In this document: in pieces, positions 37,062 to 45,925 of the stretch | Layout: every line of letters begins with the position of its first letter | How positions within the stretch are numbered: position 1 is the stretch's first letter | IMG/VR virus record: IMGVR_UViG_3300023174_000108 | Direction: 5' to 3' (one strand) | Length of the DNA: 64,000 bases | Source of the DNA: an uncultured virus (IMG/VR IMGVR_UViG_3300023174_000108) | Taxonomy: Duplodnaviria; Heunggongvirae; Uroviricota; Caudoviricetes | Made by a program: the position numbers and the translations under genes | Notes under the pieces: model-generated | Told to the model about the DNA's origin: nothing | Databases searched by the model: none | The model's input: only the letters and a program-made list of their open reading frames with translations

Positions 37062-39385
37062 TAGTTGCTTCCAATCAAGTTACCTGATTTAAGCTTTTCA
37101 AACCAGCTCTTAAACATGCTTTCCATCTTCTTAGGGTCGCCTCCGACAACATTCATATTAAATGTAACTCCGCCGTAGTTATATGTAGCTGCGGCAGAAC
37201 CAATCATATTAGCCATACCTGTTGCATCAGCTCCAGTTCCTAAAATACTAGAAAGAGAAGTTCCTTCTTTAATTTTTCCAGTCTTTAAAAAGTCTTTGTA
37301 CGCAGCTAAAAGCTTTGTAGAGTCTATGCCTAGTTGAGAGCTTACTTGATTAAGTAGTTCTTCTTCTGTTTTTGTAGCAGAGTCCGAGCTACCACTGCCT
37401 TCATAAGGTTTGTTAGTTTTAGGGTCAATAAATCCTAATTTAGCCGCTGAGTTTCTCCAAGCTCCCCAGTTTTTACCACCATTACTAATTTTAAATGCTT
37501 CTTTAGCGTTTTGCAAAGGGTCATACAGGTGCAAAGGCTCACGTTTAGGGTCGTTGTATTTTTTCCAGTCCTTTAACGAACGAATTTGGAATAACCCAAT
37601 ACTGTAATCCCATGTACTGTCAGTAATAGTTTTATCACCCTCAGCGCTAGAGCGTCCATTAGACTCAGCGCCAACAATCTTGATTGCATCCTCAAGACCT
37701 TTTCCACTAAACCCAGCTTGCTTAAGAAGCTTTTCAAGTTCAGCGCCCTTATAAGTTTTTCCTTCTGGGTGACCTGGGCCATGAACTCCGCCCCCCTGGT
37801 GACGGTTTTTAGTGTTGAGCAAATGGTTAGGGATAATAACCCCATCAGTTTTAGGGATGAACATTTCTGGTCCCTTTTCACCAACAATGTAAGGACTTGC
37901 TCCACCTACTTCACCGCCAGCTGCTTTACCGCCGTTTGCCGCAAGTGCGGTAAGGAACTTTACAATGTTGTTTCCAATACCATTTCCAGCTGCTCCAAGC
38001 GTTTGCAAAATAGCAGCAGTAACGTTTAGTCCTTGAACTGCGACAGGCATGGACCTATTCATTTCATTTCCCTGCATAGTAAGCAAGTTTTTAGTTGCGC
38101 CAAATGCCCCAGCTCCAAGGTCTGAAGTTAGCATTAAACCTTGGGTAGCTATGCTATTAGCATTATTAAATGAACGAACTGCGGCTGTAGTAAACCCAGC
38201 ATCTTGAGAGGTTTGAGCATTAATTTTTGCTCCGCCTGTACGCGCTTTAAACAAAAGTCCATTTTTAATAAGGTTATAAACCATTGGGTCAGAACCAAAC
38301 ATATTCTGTAGCAGCGAGTCCATAGAGTTTCCTTGTTGGAAACCAATGTTCATTTCAGCTTCAGATGGCATTTTTCCAGCGCCGTACGCTCCAGCGTATT
38401 CTCTACAAATCTTTTTCCATAAGTCATCCACAATTTGGTCAGGTGGCTTTAAGTTACCTTTATCATCTCTAATTTGAATGCCAACACCCTTAAGCATGTT
38501 GTTCGTTCTGGCGTTTTGCATGCTGCCTGCGGCTCGCATTGTTCCTTCGCCACCCATACCAGGAACTAAGTTAGAGGCATTTGCTACTCCTTGAGCAAAG
38601 CTGCCTTCGTAGGTTCCACCTTTACCTGTTAAATAATTAGGGCCATTTAATCCATAAGATAGACCAGCGGCAAGAGCGTTAGATGCATCCATCTTGTCGT
38701 TAACCGCGGCTCCAGATGCAAAACGCATAGTTGCGTCTTTAGCAAAATTTCTTCCAATTGCAAGTCTACGTTCTTCTGGGCTCATAAGAGCTAAAGAGTT
38801 ATCACTTGCTAGTGCTGTGTTTAAGGATGCTTTATCTTTTGAAGTTACAGTTGGGTTTGTAATAGTCCCGCCAACCATAGCCTGTTGACGAGTATAAAGT
38901 AACTGAGCCTGCACCATATCGGAGGTTGCATTAGCCCCCATAAGAGCTGTACCAGCTCCGTAAACTAAACCTGCACCTGGGTTAGCTTGAATAAAGTCAG
39001 TTAGATTAGAGCGTCCAGCTCCCCCAGCTCCACCAGTACTACTTCCTACTGGTCCACTTCCTCCAGCACCCCCACTCCATCCAATAGCTGCTTGTTGAGT
39101 GGGTCCAGCAAACACTTGGTTACTACCGATTGCTTGCTGCTGTTGCCCCGTATTAGAGAACGTTGGGTCTGGCGCAACTTTATTTGATGATTGACCGCCA
39201 GGCCCTCCGCCTACACCATTGAGTCTGGTTACACCAGTACCCATGGTTTGAACAAGGTTTGTCCAGTCTTGTTTAAGTAAGGAAGTCTCTTGTCGCATGC
39301 CAGAGATACCGCTTTTAAGGTCGGAAATAACAAGGCTTGTCTTATTAGATGTTGGCAAATTCATGCCGCTTTTGCTATCAGCCAT
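37061..39385 (-). CDS. tape measure protein with lytic transglycosylase domain
   Basis: G/A-rich; GG.V...PYIVGEKGPE motif; AES.G...GLFQI...DP..NA..A...G.NW..W lysozyme-like domain. Confidence 0.82.
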   Translation of the reverse strand: MADSKSGMNLPTSNKTSLVISDLKSGISGMRQETSLLKQDWTNLVQTMGTGVTRLNGVGGGPGGQSSNKVAPDPTFSNTGQQQQAIGSNQVFAGPTQQAAIGWSGGAGGSGPVGSSTGGAGGAGRSNLTDFIQANPGAGLVYGAGTALMGANATSDMVQAQLLYTRQQAMVGGTITNPTVTSKDKASLNTALASDNSLALMSPEERRLAIGRNFAKDATMRFASGAAVNDKMDASNALAAGLSYGLNGPNYLTGKGGTYEGSFAQGVANASNLVPGMGGEGTMRAAGSMQNARTNNMLKGVGIQIRDDKGNLKPPDQIVDDLWKKICREYAGAYGAGKMPSEAEMNIGFQQGNSMDSLLQNMFGSDPMVYNLIKNGLLFKARTGGAKINAQTSQDAGFTTAAVRSFNNANSIATQGLMLTSDLGAGAFGATKNLLTMQGNEMNRSMPVAVQGLNVTAAILQTLGAAGNGIGNNIVKFLTALAANGGKAAGGEVGGASPYIVGEKGPEMFIPKTDGVIIPNHLLNTKNRHQGGGVHGPGHPEGKTYKGAELEKLLKQAGFSGKGLEDAIKIVGAESNGRSSAEGDKTITDSTWDYSIGLFQIRSLKDWKKYNDPKREPLHLYDPLQNAKEAFKISNGGKNWGAWRNSAAKLGFIDPKTNKPYEGSGSSDSATKTEEELLNQVSSQLGIDSTKLLAAYKDFLKTGKIKEGTSLSSILGTGADATGMANMIGSAAATYNYGGVTFNMNVVGGDPKKMESMFKSWFEKLKSGNLIGSN

Positions 39386-39387
39386 TG

Positions 39388-39540
39388 TTAACTCCTTCCG
39401 CTATAGCGCAGTGCTCTGTCTAACCAATTCTTTCTTTCTCTAACTGATAGGTCTTTAATTTCTGTTAAAGTCCATCCGTTAAATGCTCTACTTAAAATCT
39501 CATATTGATTTAGTAAATCATCATATGAACTAGAGTTGAA
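39388..39540 (-). CDS. start-less ORF, probable frameshift extension of tail assembly chaperone
   Basis: FNSSSYDDLLNQYEILSRAFNGWTLTEIKDLSVRERKNWL...; +1 frame relative to upstream gene, no start codon. Confidence 0.65.
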   Translation of the reverse strand, partial: FNSSSYDDLLNQYEILSRAFNGWTLTEIKDLSVRERKNWLDRALRYSGRS

Positions 39541-40324
39541 ACAAATCTAGCAAGCTTAATGGTAGGTCAATACCCTCACCACATGCCTTGCAAGCTATTT
39601 TCACCTCCCCAAGGCGTGGGCCTGGGTTACGATTAATAATATCTTCAATAATTTTTGTTCTATCTGACATGCTTAAAGACAGTGCCGTATGAGCTCCCAT
39701 AGATGGGACACCATTTACAGTTAACACACAGCCGCTAAGTAATAAAGTGTTAATTTCAGAAGATGTTTTGTCAGCGTTGTCCATTAATTTCTTTTGTACA
39801 ACACCTGTAGGAAGGGTTACCCCTACTGGACCGCTCTTTGTGTTTACAACCCAAGACCTATCTTCGGCCGAAAGCAGTGATACAACTGGAACGTCAGTAT
39901 TTAGGTTTACTGTTGACTCGTGCTCATCTAAACATAGTGGGCATCGAATAGACATGTCTAATGTCTCTCCAAAAGTTACTTTTCGGATACCAATTAAAAT
40001 AGCGTCTCTGTCTCCAGACAACAAATTGTCTAATGTATCTTTAGTAACTTCTTCGTCTCCTACTCGAACTAACCCTCGTTGAAGGATTACATTCAATGCT
40101 TTGGCTCTAGAACCAGCGCGAGAAATAGCTTCCTCATCTGCACCGTTTAACTCACGAACCTCTGCAACTTTAACAATTTTTCCAGAGTTCGTTGCATAAC
40201 CACCTGGAAGTTCAACTGTGTTATCGGAAGGGGCCTGAGACGGCGCGATAACCGCCTCAGGCTCTTCCATAGCTTTTTTAGCGAATTGTGATACGAGTTC
40301 CGCATCAGTGATGACGTTTGACAC
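39530..40324 (-). CDS. tail assembly chaperone / T4 gp26-like protein
   Basis: VRELNGADEE, L..GDRDAIL..IR..TFG, CPLC, C-terminal CKAC; between tube and tape measure. Confidence 0.75.
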   Translation of the reverse strand: MSNVITDAELVSQFAKKAMEEPEAVIAPSQAPSDNTVELPGGYATNSGKIVKVAEVRELNGADEEAISRAGSRAKALNVILQRGLVRVGDEEVTKDTLDNLLSGDRDAILIGIRKVTFGETLDMSIRCPLCLDEHESTVNLNTDVPVVSLLSAEDRSWVVNTKSGPVGVTLPTGVVQKKLMDNADKTSSEINTLLLSGCVLTVNGVPSMGAHTALSLSMSDRTKIIEDIINRNPGPRLGEVKIACKACGEGIDLPLSLLDLFQL

Positions 40325-40346
40325 TTATTATTCTCCTTTAGTTAGT

Positions 40347-41015
40347 TTAAGCTAGAGCTGCTTTACGCTTTGCTGTATCAGTATTGCTTATACCTACTGG
40401 GTCTCCACTGGAGTCTGTGAAGAACACTGAAAGTCCCTCATGAACAAGGTTCATTGACTCAAATAGGATTGCCCCATCATTTGCATTTAGGTCTGTGTAG
40501 TTTAGCTGAGTAATCCAAGCATTACGGATATCAAATCCCATGCGAGGTGCGTTAGTGGCTGCTGAGTTTGGGTGGTCCATTACATAGATTTTAATGTTAA
40601 CACGAAAACCTTGTGAGCCAGTTGTTCCTGATATTCCAGCAGCAAGTCCATCTCCAGAAGCAGCAGCAAATAGGCCACGCATCCATGTGATAGCTTGGTC
40701 ATTTCCGTAAAGAACTCCACGCTGCATAGTAATTGGTGTAAAGGTTGTCATTCCAGGAATCTGGTGAACAGTGGTGTTGTAACCGCCTTCACGGTATTGA
40801 ATAGCTTGTGTTGTGATGTTTAGGCCGCTGATAGAGGTAAATCCACCAATAAACCCTGTAGACATCGTTGTTGCGCTTGCTGATTGACCAGATGTTGTGT
40901 TTAGCTTTGTAGCAAACACTCCATCTGCAGCTGCTGTGAATTCTACGCGAAACCTAAACGAGCGTAGAGGGTCGGTCGCTATTGTAGAGAACCGATTGAT
41001 TACTGTATCTGGCAT
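40347..41015 (-). CDS. tail tube protein (T4 gp19-like)
   Basis: DPLRSFRFRVEF, GF..ISGL, YREGG, PG...F..IT..RG, NAW, E...LVHEG. Confidence 0.92.
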   Translation of the reverse strand: MPDTVINRFSTIATDPLRSFRFRVEFTAAADGVFATKLNTTSGQSASATTMSTGFIGGFTSISGLNITTQAIQYREGGYNTTVHQIPGMTTFTPITMQRGVLYGNDQAITWMRGLFAAASGDGLAAGISGTTGSQGFRVNIKIYVMDHPNSAATNAPRMGFDIRNAWITQLNYTDLNANDGAILFESMNLVHEGLSVFFTDSSGDPVGISNTDTAKRKAALA

Positions 41016-41030
41016 TTGTGTTTATCTCCT

Positions 41031-42524
41031 TTACGCCACAGTAACGGTAGTGCTACCGTTAAACTGACCGATTTTGATGATTACGAATTCAGCTGGACGC
41101 TGAAGAGCCACACCAACTTCAATATGGACTTCTCCATTATCAATTGATGCTTGTGGGTTATTAGAAGCATCTACTTTTACGTAGTAAGCCTGGTTAGGGC
41201 TGCCTCCAACTAGTCCACCTTGTGACCAGAACCCAGTCAAGAAGCTTGAGAATGTTGAGTTAATACGACGCCATAGGGCGGCATCGTTTGGCTCAAACAA
41301 AGCAAACTGGCTTAGGTCTGTTAGTGATTTACGTAGGTAAATCAAAGTTCTGCGAACAGGTACATACTTATCAATATAACCTGACTTAAGCGTACGTGCG
41401 CCCATCACTACAATTCCTGAACCAGAAACAAATTTAATAGCGTTAACTGCAGCTGATGCTGAATTAAGGTTATCAAGTTCGGTATTAGTTAAAGAAGGTA
41501 CTGATACTGCTCCAGCAAGACGTGCTGTAAGTCCAGCGGGCGCTTTAAACACTCCGCGAGATGTATCTGTTGAAACATAGAGTCCAACAACAGCAGCTCC
41601 AGCTCCAATAGTTTTAGTAGAGCCTAAGGCCGAACCAACACCAAGTGTTGGGTCAGCAATTGTAATTTGTGGAAAGTATACAGCTGCTTGTGATGAAGCT
41701 GTATATGAAGCGGCTCGTGTAAGCTGATTAGCGGCTGTATCATCTACACCATCAACCACAACAAACACGTCTCCGCGAGCTGTAGCATATGCAATTGCTG
41801 CGTTAACAGTGACTGCGTCTGTAAAACCAGCAACATTAAGAATAAGAGATTCTTTAACTGTGTCAAACCCTGTATAAGTTGTAACAGTTGAAACAGCAGA
41901 GCCATTAGTTCCGCTAGCTAAAGATACGTTTGTAACAACAGCTGGGTTTTTATTAGTACCTGTAGTAGCTGAGTTTAAGTCAGTTCCTATAATATATGTT
42001 GAACCAGCAGCAATTACTGTTGGAGCGTAGCGAGCATTTGAAGCACTCATAGAAAGTTCTGTAAACTGCTCTACAATATACTGGTCTGTGTTTCCTTGAT
42101 AGTAAACTGTTAAGTCAAAGTATCCAGTAGTAATTGAGTCTGAAATAGACACGTTAATGTCGTTGCCCCAAACACCAGCATTTTTTGCTGTAATACGCAA
42201 AGTGTTTAGTGGAGTTCCAGCACGGTCTGTAAATGTACGTGTTGCTACAGCAGGGCTTCCAGCAGTAACGCGCTGAACATAAGCTCGGCTTCCGCCATTT
42301 GCAAAGTACATATATACAGCAATAGGCAAGTTATTACTTGCTGTTGTGTTCCATGTACCAAATAAAGTAGTGTAATCGCTCCATGAAGCAATTAATGTTG
42401 GAGTTGTTGGCCCACGGTCATTTGCTCCCATAAAAGCAGCAACTGTGTCTGAAGCGGCACCAACAACTGGTGCTGTAGGGTTAAGCGTCTCTTGGACGTA
42501 GACCCCAGGTCTTAAATATGCCAT
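41031..42524 (-). CDS. contractile tail sheath protein
   Basis: YLRPGVYVQE, RGP..PT, FANGG, RGVFKAPAG, GART, YVPVRR, FEPND, PAEFV. Confidence 0.95.
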   Translation of the reverse strand: MAYLRPGVYVQETLNPTAPVVGAASDTVAAFMGANDRGPTTPTLIASWSDYTTLFGTWNTTASNNLPIAVYMYFANGGSRAYVQRVTAGSPAVATRTFTDRAGTPLNTLRITAKNAGVWGNDINVSISDSITTGYFDLTVYYQGNTDQYIVEQFTELSMSASNARYAPTVIAAGSTYIIGTDLNSATTGTNKNPAVVTNVSLASGTNGSAVSTVTTYTGFDTVKESLILNVAGFTDAVTVNAAIAYATARGDVFVVVDGVDDTAANQLTRAASYTASSQAAVYFPQITIADPTLGVGSALGSTKTIGAGAAVVGLYVSTDTSRGVFKAPAGLTARLAGAVSVPSLTNTELDNLNSASAAVNAIKFVSGSGIVVMGARTLKSGYIDKYVPVRRTLIYLRKSLTDLSQFALFEPNDAALWRRINSTFSSFLTGFWSQGGLVGGSPNQAYYVKVDASNNPQASIDNGEVHIEVGVALQRPAEFVIIKIGQFNGSTTVTVA

Positions 42525-42562
42525 TAGATTATCTCCTTAAGATTAGACATAGGTTACGTGTG

Positions 42563-43180
42563 TTATACGATATAGAAGTCAGAAGGGTTAGTCGGGATAG
42601 TATCCAAGATAGCTTCTTCTACAATTGGAGTTGCACTAGCTTGAAGTGGTGACATCTCGCTTACAACTCTTACTGTTAGAACGTTACGTAGTAGGCGTCG
42701 GTTTCCCGTTTCACCGTCTACAGCATCTCTTTTTACAAATCCATCAAGGAACATTGAGCGATAAGCAGTTTCTGTACCAATCTGGTTAGGCACTGCTAGC
42801 TTTCCGAACTTTGATGGAAACTTATTAAAGAGCGCATACATAATGGCTCTATCGTGACGCGGGTGACGTGCATAAGATGTAATCTGATAAGAAAGGTCAT
42901 ATGCAACTGGTATGTCGTACCCGTAGCGACCGCCTAAGGGAGAGGTGGTTCCTTGATTATCATCGTCCCACATGTAGCCAGATGTCTGACGCTCATTAGC
43001 TGGAATAACATCAATTAAATCAATAGTAATAAATGGGAACTCCTGGGCACGTACTTCCACATCAGGGTATCCAAACCAAATTTTAACTTGGCGGGAGCCG
43101 CTCTTTTCGTCAGCTACTGTAATGCCAGCTAAAAGGGTTTTGAGAGCTAGGTCTTCAGCAACAATAAATGGATTTCCCAT
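42563..43180 (-). CDS. tail terminator / completion protein
   Basis: FPFITIDL...P..YDL.YQI pattern; immediately upstream of sheath. Confidence 0.7.
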   Translation of the reverse strand: MGNPFIVAEDLALKTLLAGITVADEKSGSRQVKIWFGYPDVEVRAQEFPFITIDLIDVIPANERQTSGYMWDDDNQGTTSPLGGRYGYDIPVAYDLSYQITSYARHPRHDRAIMYALFNKFPSKFGKLAVPNQIGTETAYRSMFLDGFVKRDAVDGETGNRRLLRNVLTVRVVSEMSPLQASATPIVEEAILDTIPTNPSDFYIV

Positions 43181-43506
43181 TAGAATACCTCCTCATACTG
43201 CATAAGAAGGTCTACTGTTTGATTAGCTAATACGTCTTTTATATAGGAGTCAGTACGGTAGATAAAGTTTCTAAGAACAGGCTTTGGTGGGTTACCCTCT
43301 TTGCCATATTCTAAATCTTGAACTTGTTGAGTAATAGAATCTGGGTATCCAATAGATAAGCTGCCGTTGTCATATTCTACTGTGAGCTGATTAATAATAT
43401 CGTCAGGCCAGCCGCCAGCATCCGCAGCAATACGTAGGTTATATTCTAAAATTGGTGTGAGTGCGTATGCTGCATCAGATGCAAGAGTATCTACATTATC
43501 TGACAT
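43180..43506 (-). CDS. neck / tail-component protein
   Basis: LEYG.....P.P.LR motif typical of HK97 gp10-like proteins; position. Confidence 0.55.
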   Translation of the reverse strand: MSDNVDTLASDAAYALTPILEYNLRIAADAGGWPDDIINQLTVEYDNGSLSIGYPDSITQQVQDLEYGKEGNPPKPVLRNFIYRTDSYIKDVLANQTVDLLMQYEEVF

Positions 43507-43639
43507 GCTTAAACGCTTTACCTAGTAAGTACGCCATACCAACGCCTTTAACCAAATCTTCTTTATCCTTTTGCGAAGGAAGATTGTCAGCGATTGCTTG
43601 CGCAAAGGCGACTTCATCTGGTTTGTCTATATTAGACAT
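43496..43639 (-). CDS. small hypothetical protein (47 aa)
   Basis: Hand-translated MSNIDKPDEVAFAQAIADNLP...; AGGAG RBS. Confidence 0.6.
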   Translation of the reverse strand: MSNIDKPDEVAFAQAIADNLPSQKDKEDLVKGVGMAYLLGKAFKHVR

Positions 43640-43716
43640 GGCAAATCTCCTAAGAGTTGGCAACGTACTTCGCAAGGGTAAAGCTTTGACCCCCGCATGG
43701 GGTCACTACAAGTATA

Positions 43717-43742
43717 AAGAAAAAGCCCCCTTGCGGGGGCTT
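43717..43742 (-). terminator. rho-independent terminator
   Basis: AAGCCCCC-GCAA-GGGGGCTT followed by TTTCTTT. Confidence 0.85.
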
Positions 43743-43747
43743 AATCA

Positions 43748-44023
43748 TTACTTCTTTTTCTTTGGCTTCTTCTTGTCTTCTGCCTTTTCGCCTTTTTTAC
43801 CTTCTTTGGCTTCATGCGCACGTTCACGCTCTTTAATGCGTTCTACGTTTGCCTTATCCATATAGGAGTCTTCCTTTTGGTTGACAGGCTTACGATGGCG
43901 TTTATCCATCTTTTCAAACTTAGCTTTTTCTTCTTTGTCTAGGCCACGAGTAGTCTTAGCATCCTGTGACTTGTCATTCTTTTTATTGTAAGGCTTGGTG
44001 CCTCCAGGAGTAAGCTTCTTCAT
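43748..44023 (-). CDS. Lys-rich small protein
   Basis: ORF track; highly charged. Confidence 0.65.
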   Translation of the reverse strand: MKKLTPGGTKPYNKKNDKSQDAKTTRGLDKEEKAKFEKMDKRHRKPVNQKEDSYMDKANVERIKERERAHEAKEGKKGEKAEDKKKPKKKK

Positions 44024-44025
44024 GA

Positions 44026-44196
44026 TTACTTCTTCTTAGCCTTCTTAAGGTTCTCAAGCTTTTCAGTCTTCTTTGATTCCTTCTTTTCATGAGCAGCGTT
44101 CTTAGCGCCCTTGGCTTCTTTCTTTTCAAGAGGCATTGCCTTCTTAGCAGCCTTCTTCATTGGGCCTTTTTTACCGCATCCGCATGTTGCGCACAT
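44026..44196 (-). CDS. Lys/Ala-rich small protein (56 aa, MCATCGCGKKGPMKKAAKK...)
   Basis: Hand-translated; tight packing. Confidence 0.65.
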   Translation of the reverse strand: MCATCGCGKKGPMKKAAKKAMPLEKKEAKGAKNAAHEKKESKKTEKLENLKKAKKK

Positions 44197-44197
44197 A

Positions 44198-44341
44198 TTA
44201 CTTGCCTTTCGGTTTAGTGGACTTCTTCTTAATTCTAGCAGGAAGCTTCTTGTCTGTAGGGGTGTGTTCCTGCCACTGCTTAGCCATCTTAGGGTGGTTG
44301 GCGTACATCCACCCCTTCTGGGCCTCAGACTTAAAAGGCAT
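44198..44341 (-). CDS. small basic phage protein (47 aa, MPFKSEAQKGWMYANHPKMAKQW...)
   Basis: Hand-translated; MPFKS.AQ motif recurrent in phage structural regions; TAATG coupling. Confidence 0.7.
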   Translation of the reverse strand: MPFKSEAQKGWMYANHPKMAKQWQEHTPTDKKLPARIKKKSTKPKGK

Positions 44342-44628
44342 TAAAAGGTGCTAGACCAAAAAACTGACACCGCGTTAGCAGCTGTTGAAGCTGCAGCAAT
44401 TGCGTACAGCTTGTCTCCCGCGTTTAACCAAATTTGGTTTGAAACTGTAGATTTTGAAATTTTAATGCCTCGGTCAGCCCCCGAAGTTGCCACCGAGGCA
44501 TCTCCAATAAATATTGCGTTGTTGTCATCATTAAAAATTGTGACAGCAGTTAAAGGGTTTTTATCTGGAATAGTAGCAATCAAGGTTGCTGTGGTTCCAA
44601 CTGTATGCGATTCATGATAAATAGCCAT
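44341..44628 (-). CDS. small beta-rich virion/decoration-type protein
   Basis: VGTTAT...I.N......IFIG...V....G......LYAI pattern. Confidence 0.55.
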   Translation of the reverse strand: MAIYHESHTVGTTATLIATIPDKNPLTAVTIFNDDNNAIFIGDASVATSGADRGIKISKSTVSNQIWLNAGDKLYAIAAASTAANAVSVFWSSTF

Positions 44629-44637
44629 AATAAGTCC

Positions 44638-45159
44638 TTAGCTAGCGTATGCTGAAAATTGAGGGTCGTTGACCATTTCTTCAGGCATTACCTGTTGGCA
44701 GTCAACAACTAATAGGGTGAAGCGTTCAGATACGATTCCTCGTTCCTGAACAGAGAATGGGCGGTATACCTGGTTCTTCCAAATAAGACGGCCCTTGTTT
44801 TGCTTATCGGGGTTAGTGATTACTCCAGGAGCAATTCTTTCTACATCCTCGATATTGAGGGTAAGGTGAAGAGTATCTGCGTTGTAGTAACCAACTGCGG
44901 AGTTCTTAACCTGACCTTGTGAAATTACTGCACGGACGACTGGCAGGGTATAAGGCCCTGTCCAAGCTCGTCCGCCCACAGAACCTGTTATGTCTTGACC
45001 TACATCATAAATGGGGTCAACAACAAGGGCAGAGGGGTTCCAGATATACCATTGAGCAAAGGTGCCCACTGGGTTTTTTAAATCTGAGTCAATGCCTTTG
45101 AGGATGTCTGTTGTTTCAAAATCAGCATCAAACCTACCGCCAGGCGTATAGGCCTTCAT
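44638..45159 (-). CDS. head-closure / neck protein
   Basis: DPIYDVG...W.GP..LPV...EEMVNDPQF; structural context. Confidence 0.55.
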   Translation of the reverse strand: MKAYTPGGRFDADFETTDILKGIDSDLKNPVGTFAQWYIWNPSALVVDPIYDVGQDITGSVGGRAWTGPYTLPVVRAVISQGQVKNSAVGYYNADTLHLTLNIEDVERIAPGVITNPDKQNKGRLIWKNQVYRPFSVQERGIVSERFTLLVVDCQQVMPEEMVNDPQFSAYAS

Positions 45160-45168
45160 GCTTAAGCC

Positions 45169-45291
45169 TTAAGCGTAAACTTTTTGGCAAACGTGGCAAA
45201 GATATGTAGCGTCTTCGTTCTCGCTAACATTTGCTTCTGCTACAACAATATTCTTTGCGCATACAGAGCATTCAGTACGTAAATCAGCCAT
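45169..45291 (-). CDS. small zinc-ribbon peptide (40 aa)
   Basis: Hand-translated CSVC...CHVC; GAAAGGA RBS. Confidence 0.5.
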   Translation of the reverse strand: MADLRTECSVCAKNIVVAEANVSENEDATYLCHVCQKVYA

Positions 45292-45340
45292 TAGATTTCC
45301 TTTCAAAGAAACACGGTATCAGTTATTATGACATACCTTA

Positions 45341-45925
45341 CTAGAGGATATTGCTTAAATTGGACTCTACGGAGGCTCTATATTTAGGGTCTAGCTCCAT
45401 TAAGTCAAGCTCTTTGAATAGAGCGCGTGACTCCTCCTGACGACCTATCCACCATGAGGATACAGCCTTCTCAAAGGTAAGGACGTATGGTCCGTGGTAC
45501 TCCACGTCTGCTGGCAGAGGTTCCATATGACCTTCATCAAATGCCCATTCTAATCCGACACATGCCATGGTGTAGCACTCTTGCCAAGAACCTAACTGTT
45601 CGTAGTAACGAGATAAAAAGAAGTACGCCTCAGGTCTAGTTGGGACATGTGCTATGGCTTGAAGTATGTTGTTAAGGACAGTCTTGTTTCTATCCCGCTG
45701 GTCGTTAAAACAAATAGACATCTTAAGCAGTGAGGTGTAAACGATTAGAGGGTGGCTTTCTACACCATACTCTGCGGCCCTTAGATAGAACGATACGGCC
45801 GAGGCTGTCTGATTCAGCTCGTTATACTTCTCAGCAATCTCAAAGTTAAGTACTGGGTTGTACATGTCATGGGACGCATCTTCAATTAGCTCTTCAATGG
45901 ACTTCATCTGATAGTGCCTCCTCAA
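45341..45925 (-). CDS. TPR-repeat protein
   Basis: A.SFYLRAAE, P.RPEAYFFLSR helical repeats; true start probably MKSIEE. Confidence 0.7.
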   Translation of the reverse strand: MRRHYQMKSIEELIEDASHDMYNPVLNFEIAEKYNELNQTASAVSFYLRAAEYGVESHPLIVYTSLLKMSICFNDQRDRNKTVLNNILQAIAHVPTRPEAYFFLSRYYEQLGSWQECYTMACVGLEWAFDEGHMEPLPADVEYHGPYVLTFEKAVSSWWIGRQEESRALFKELDLMELDPKYRASVESNLSNIL

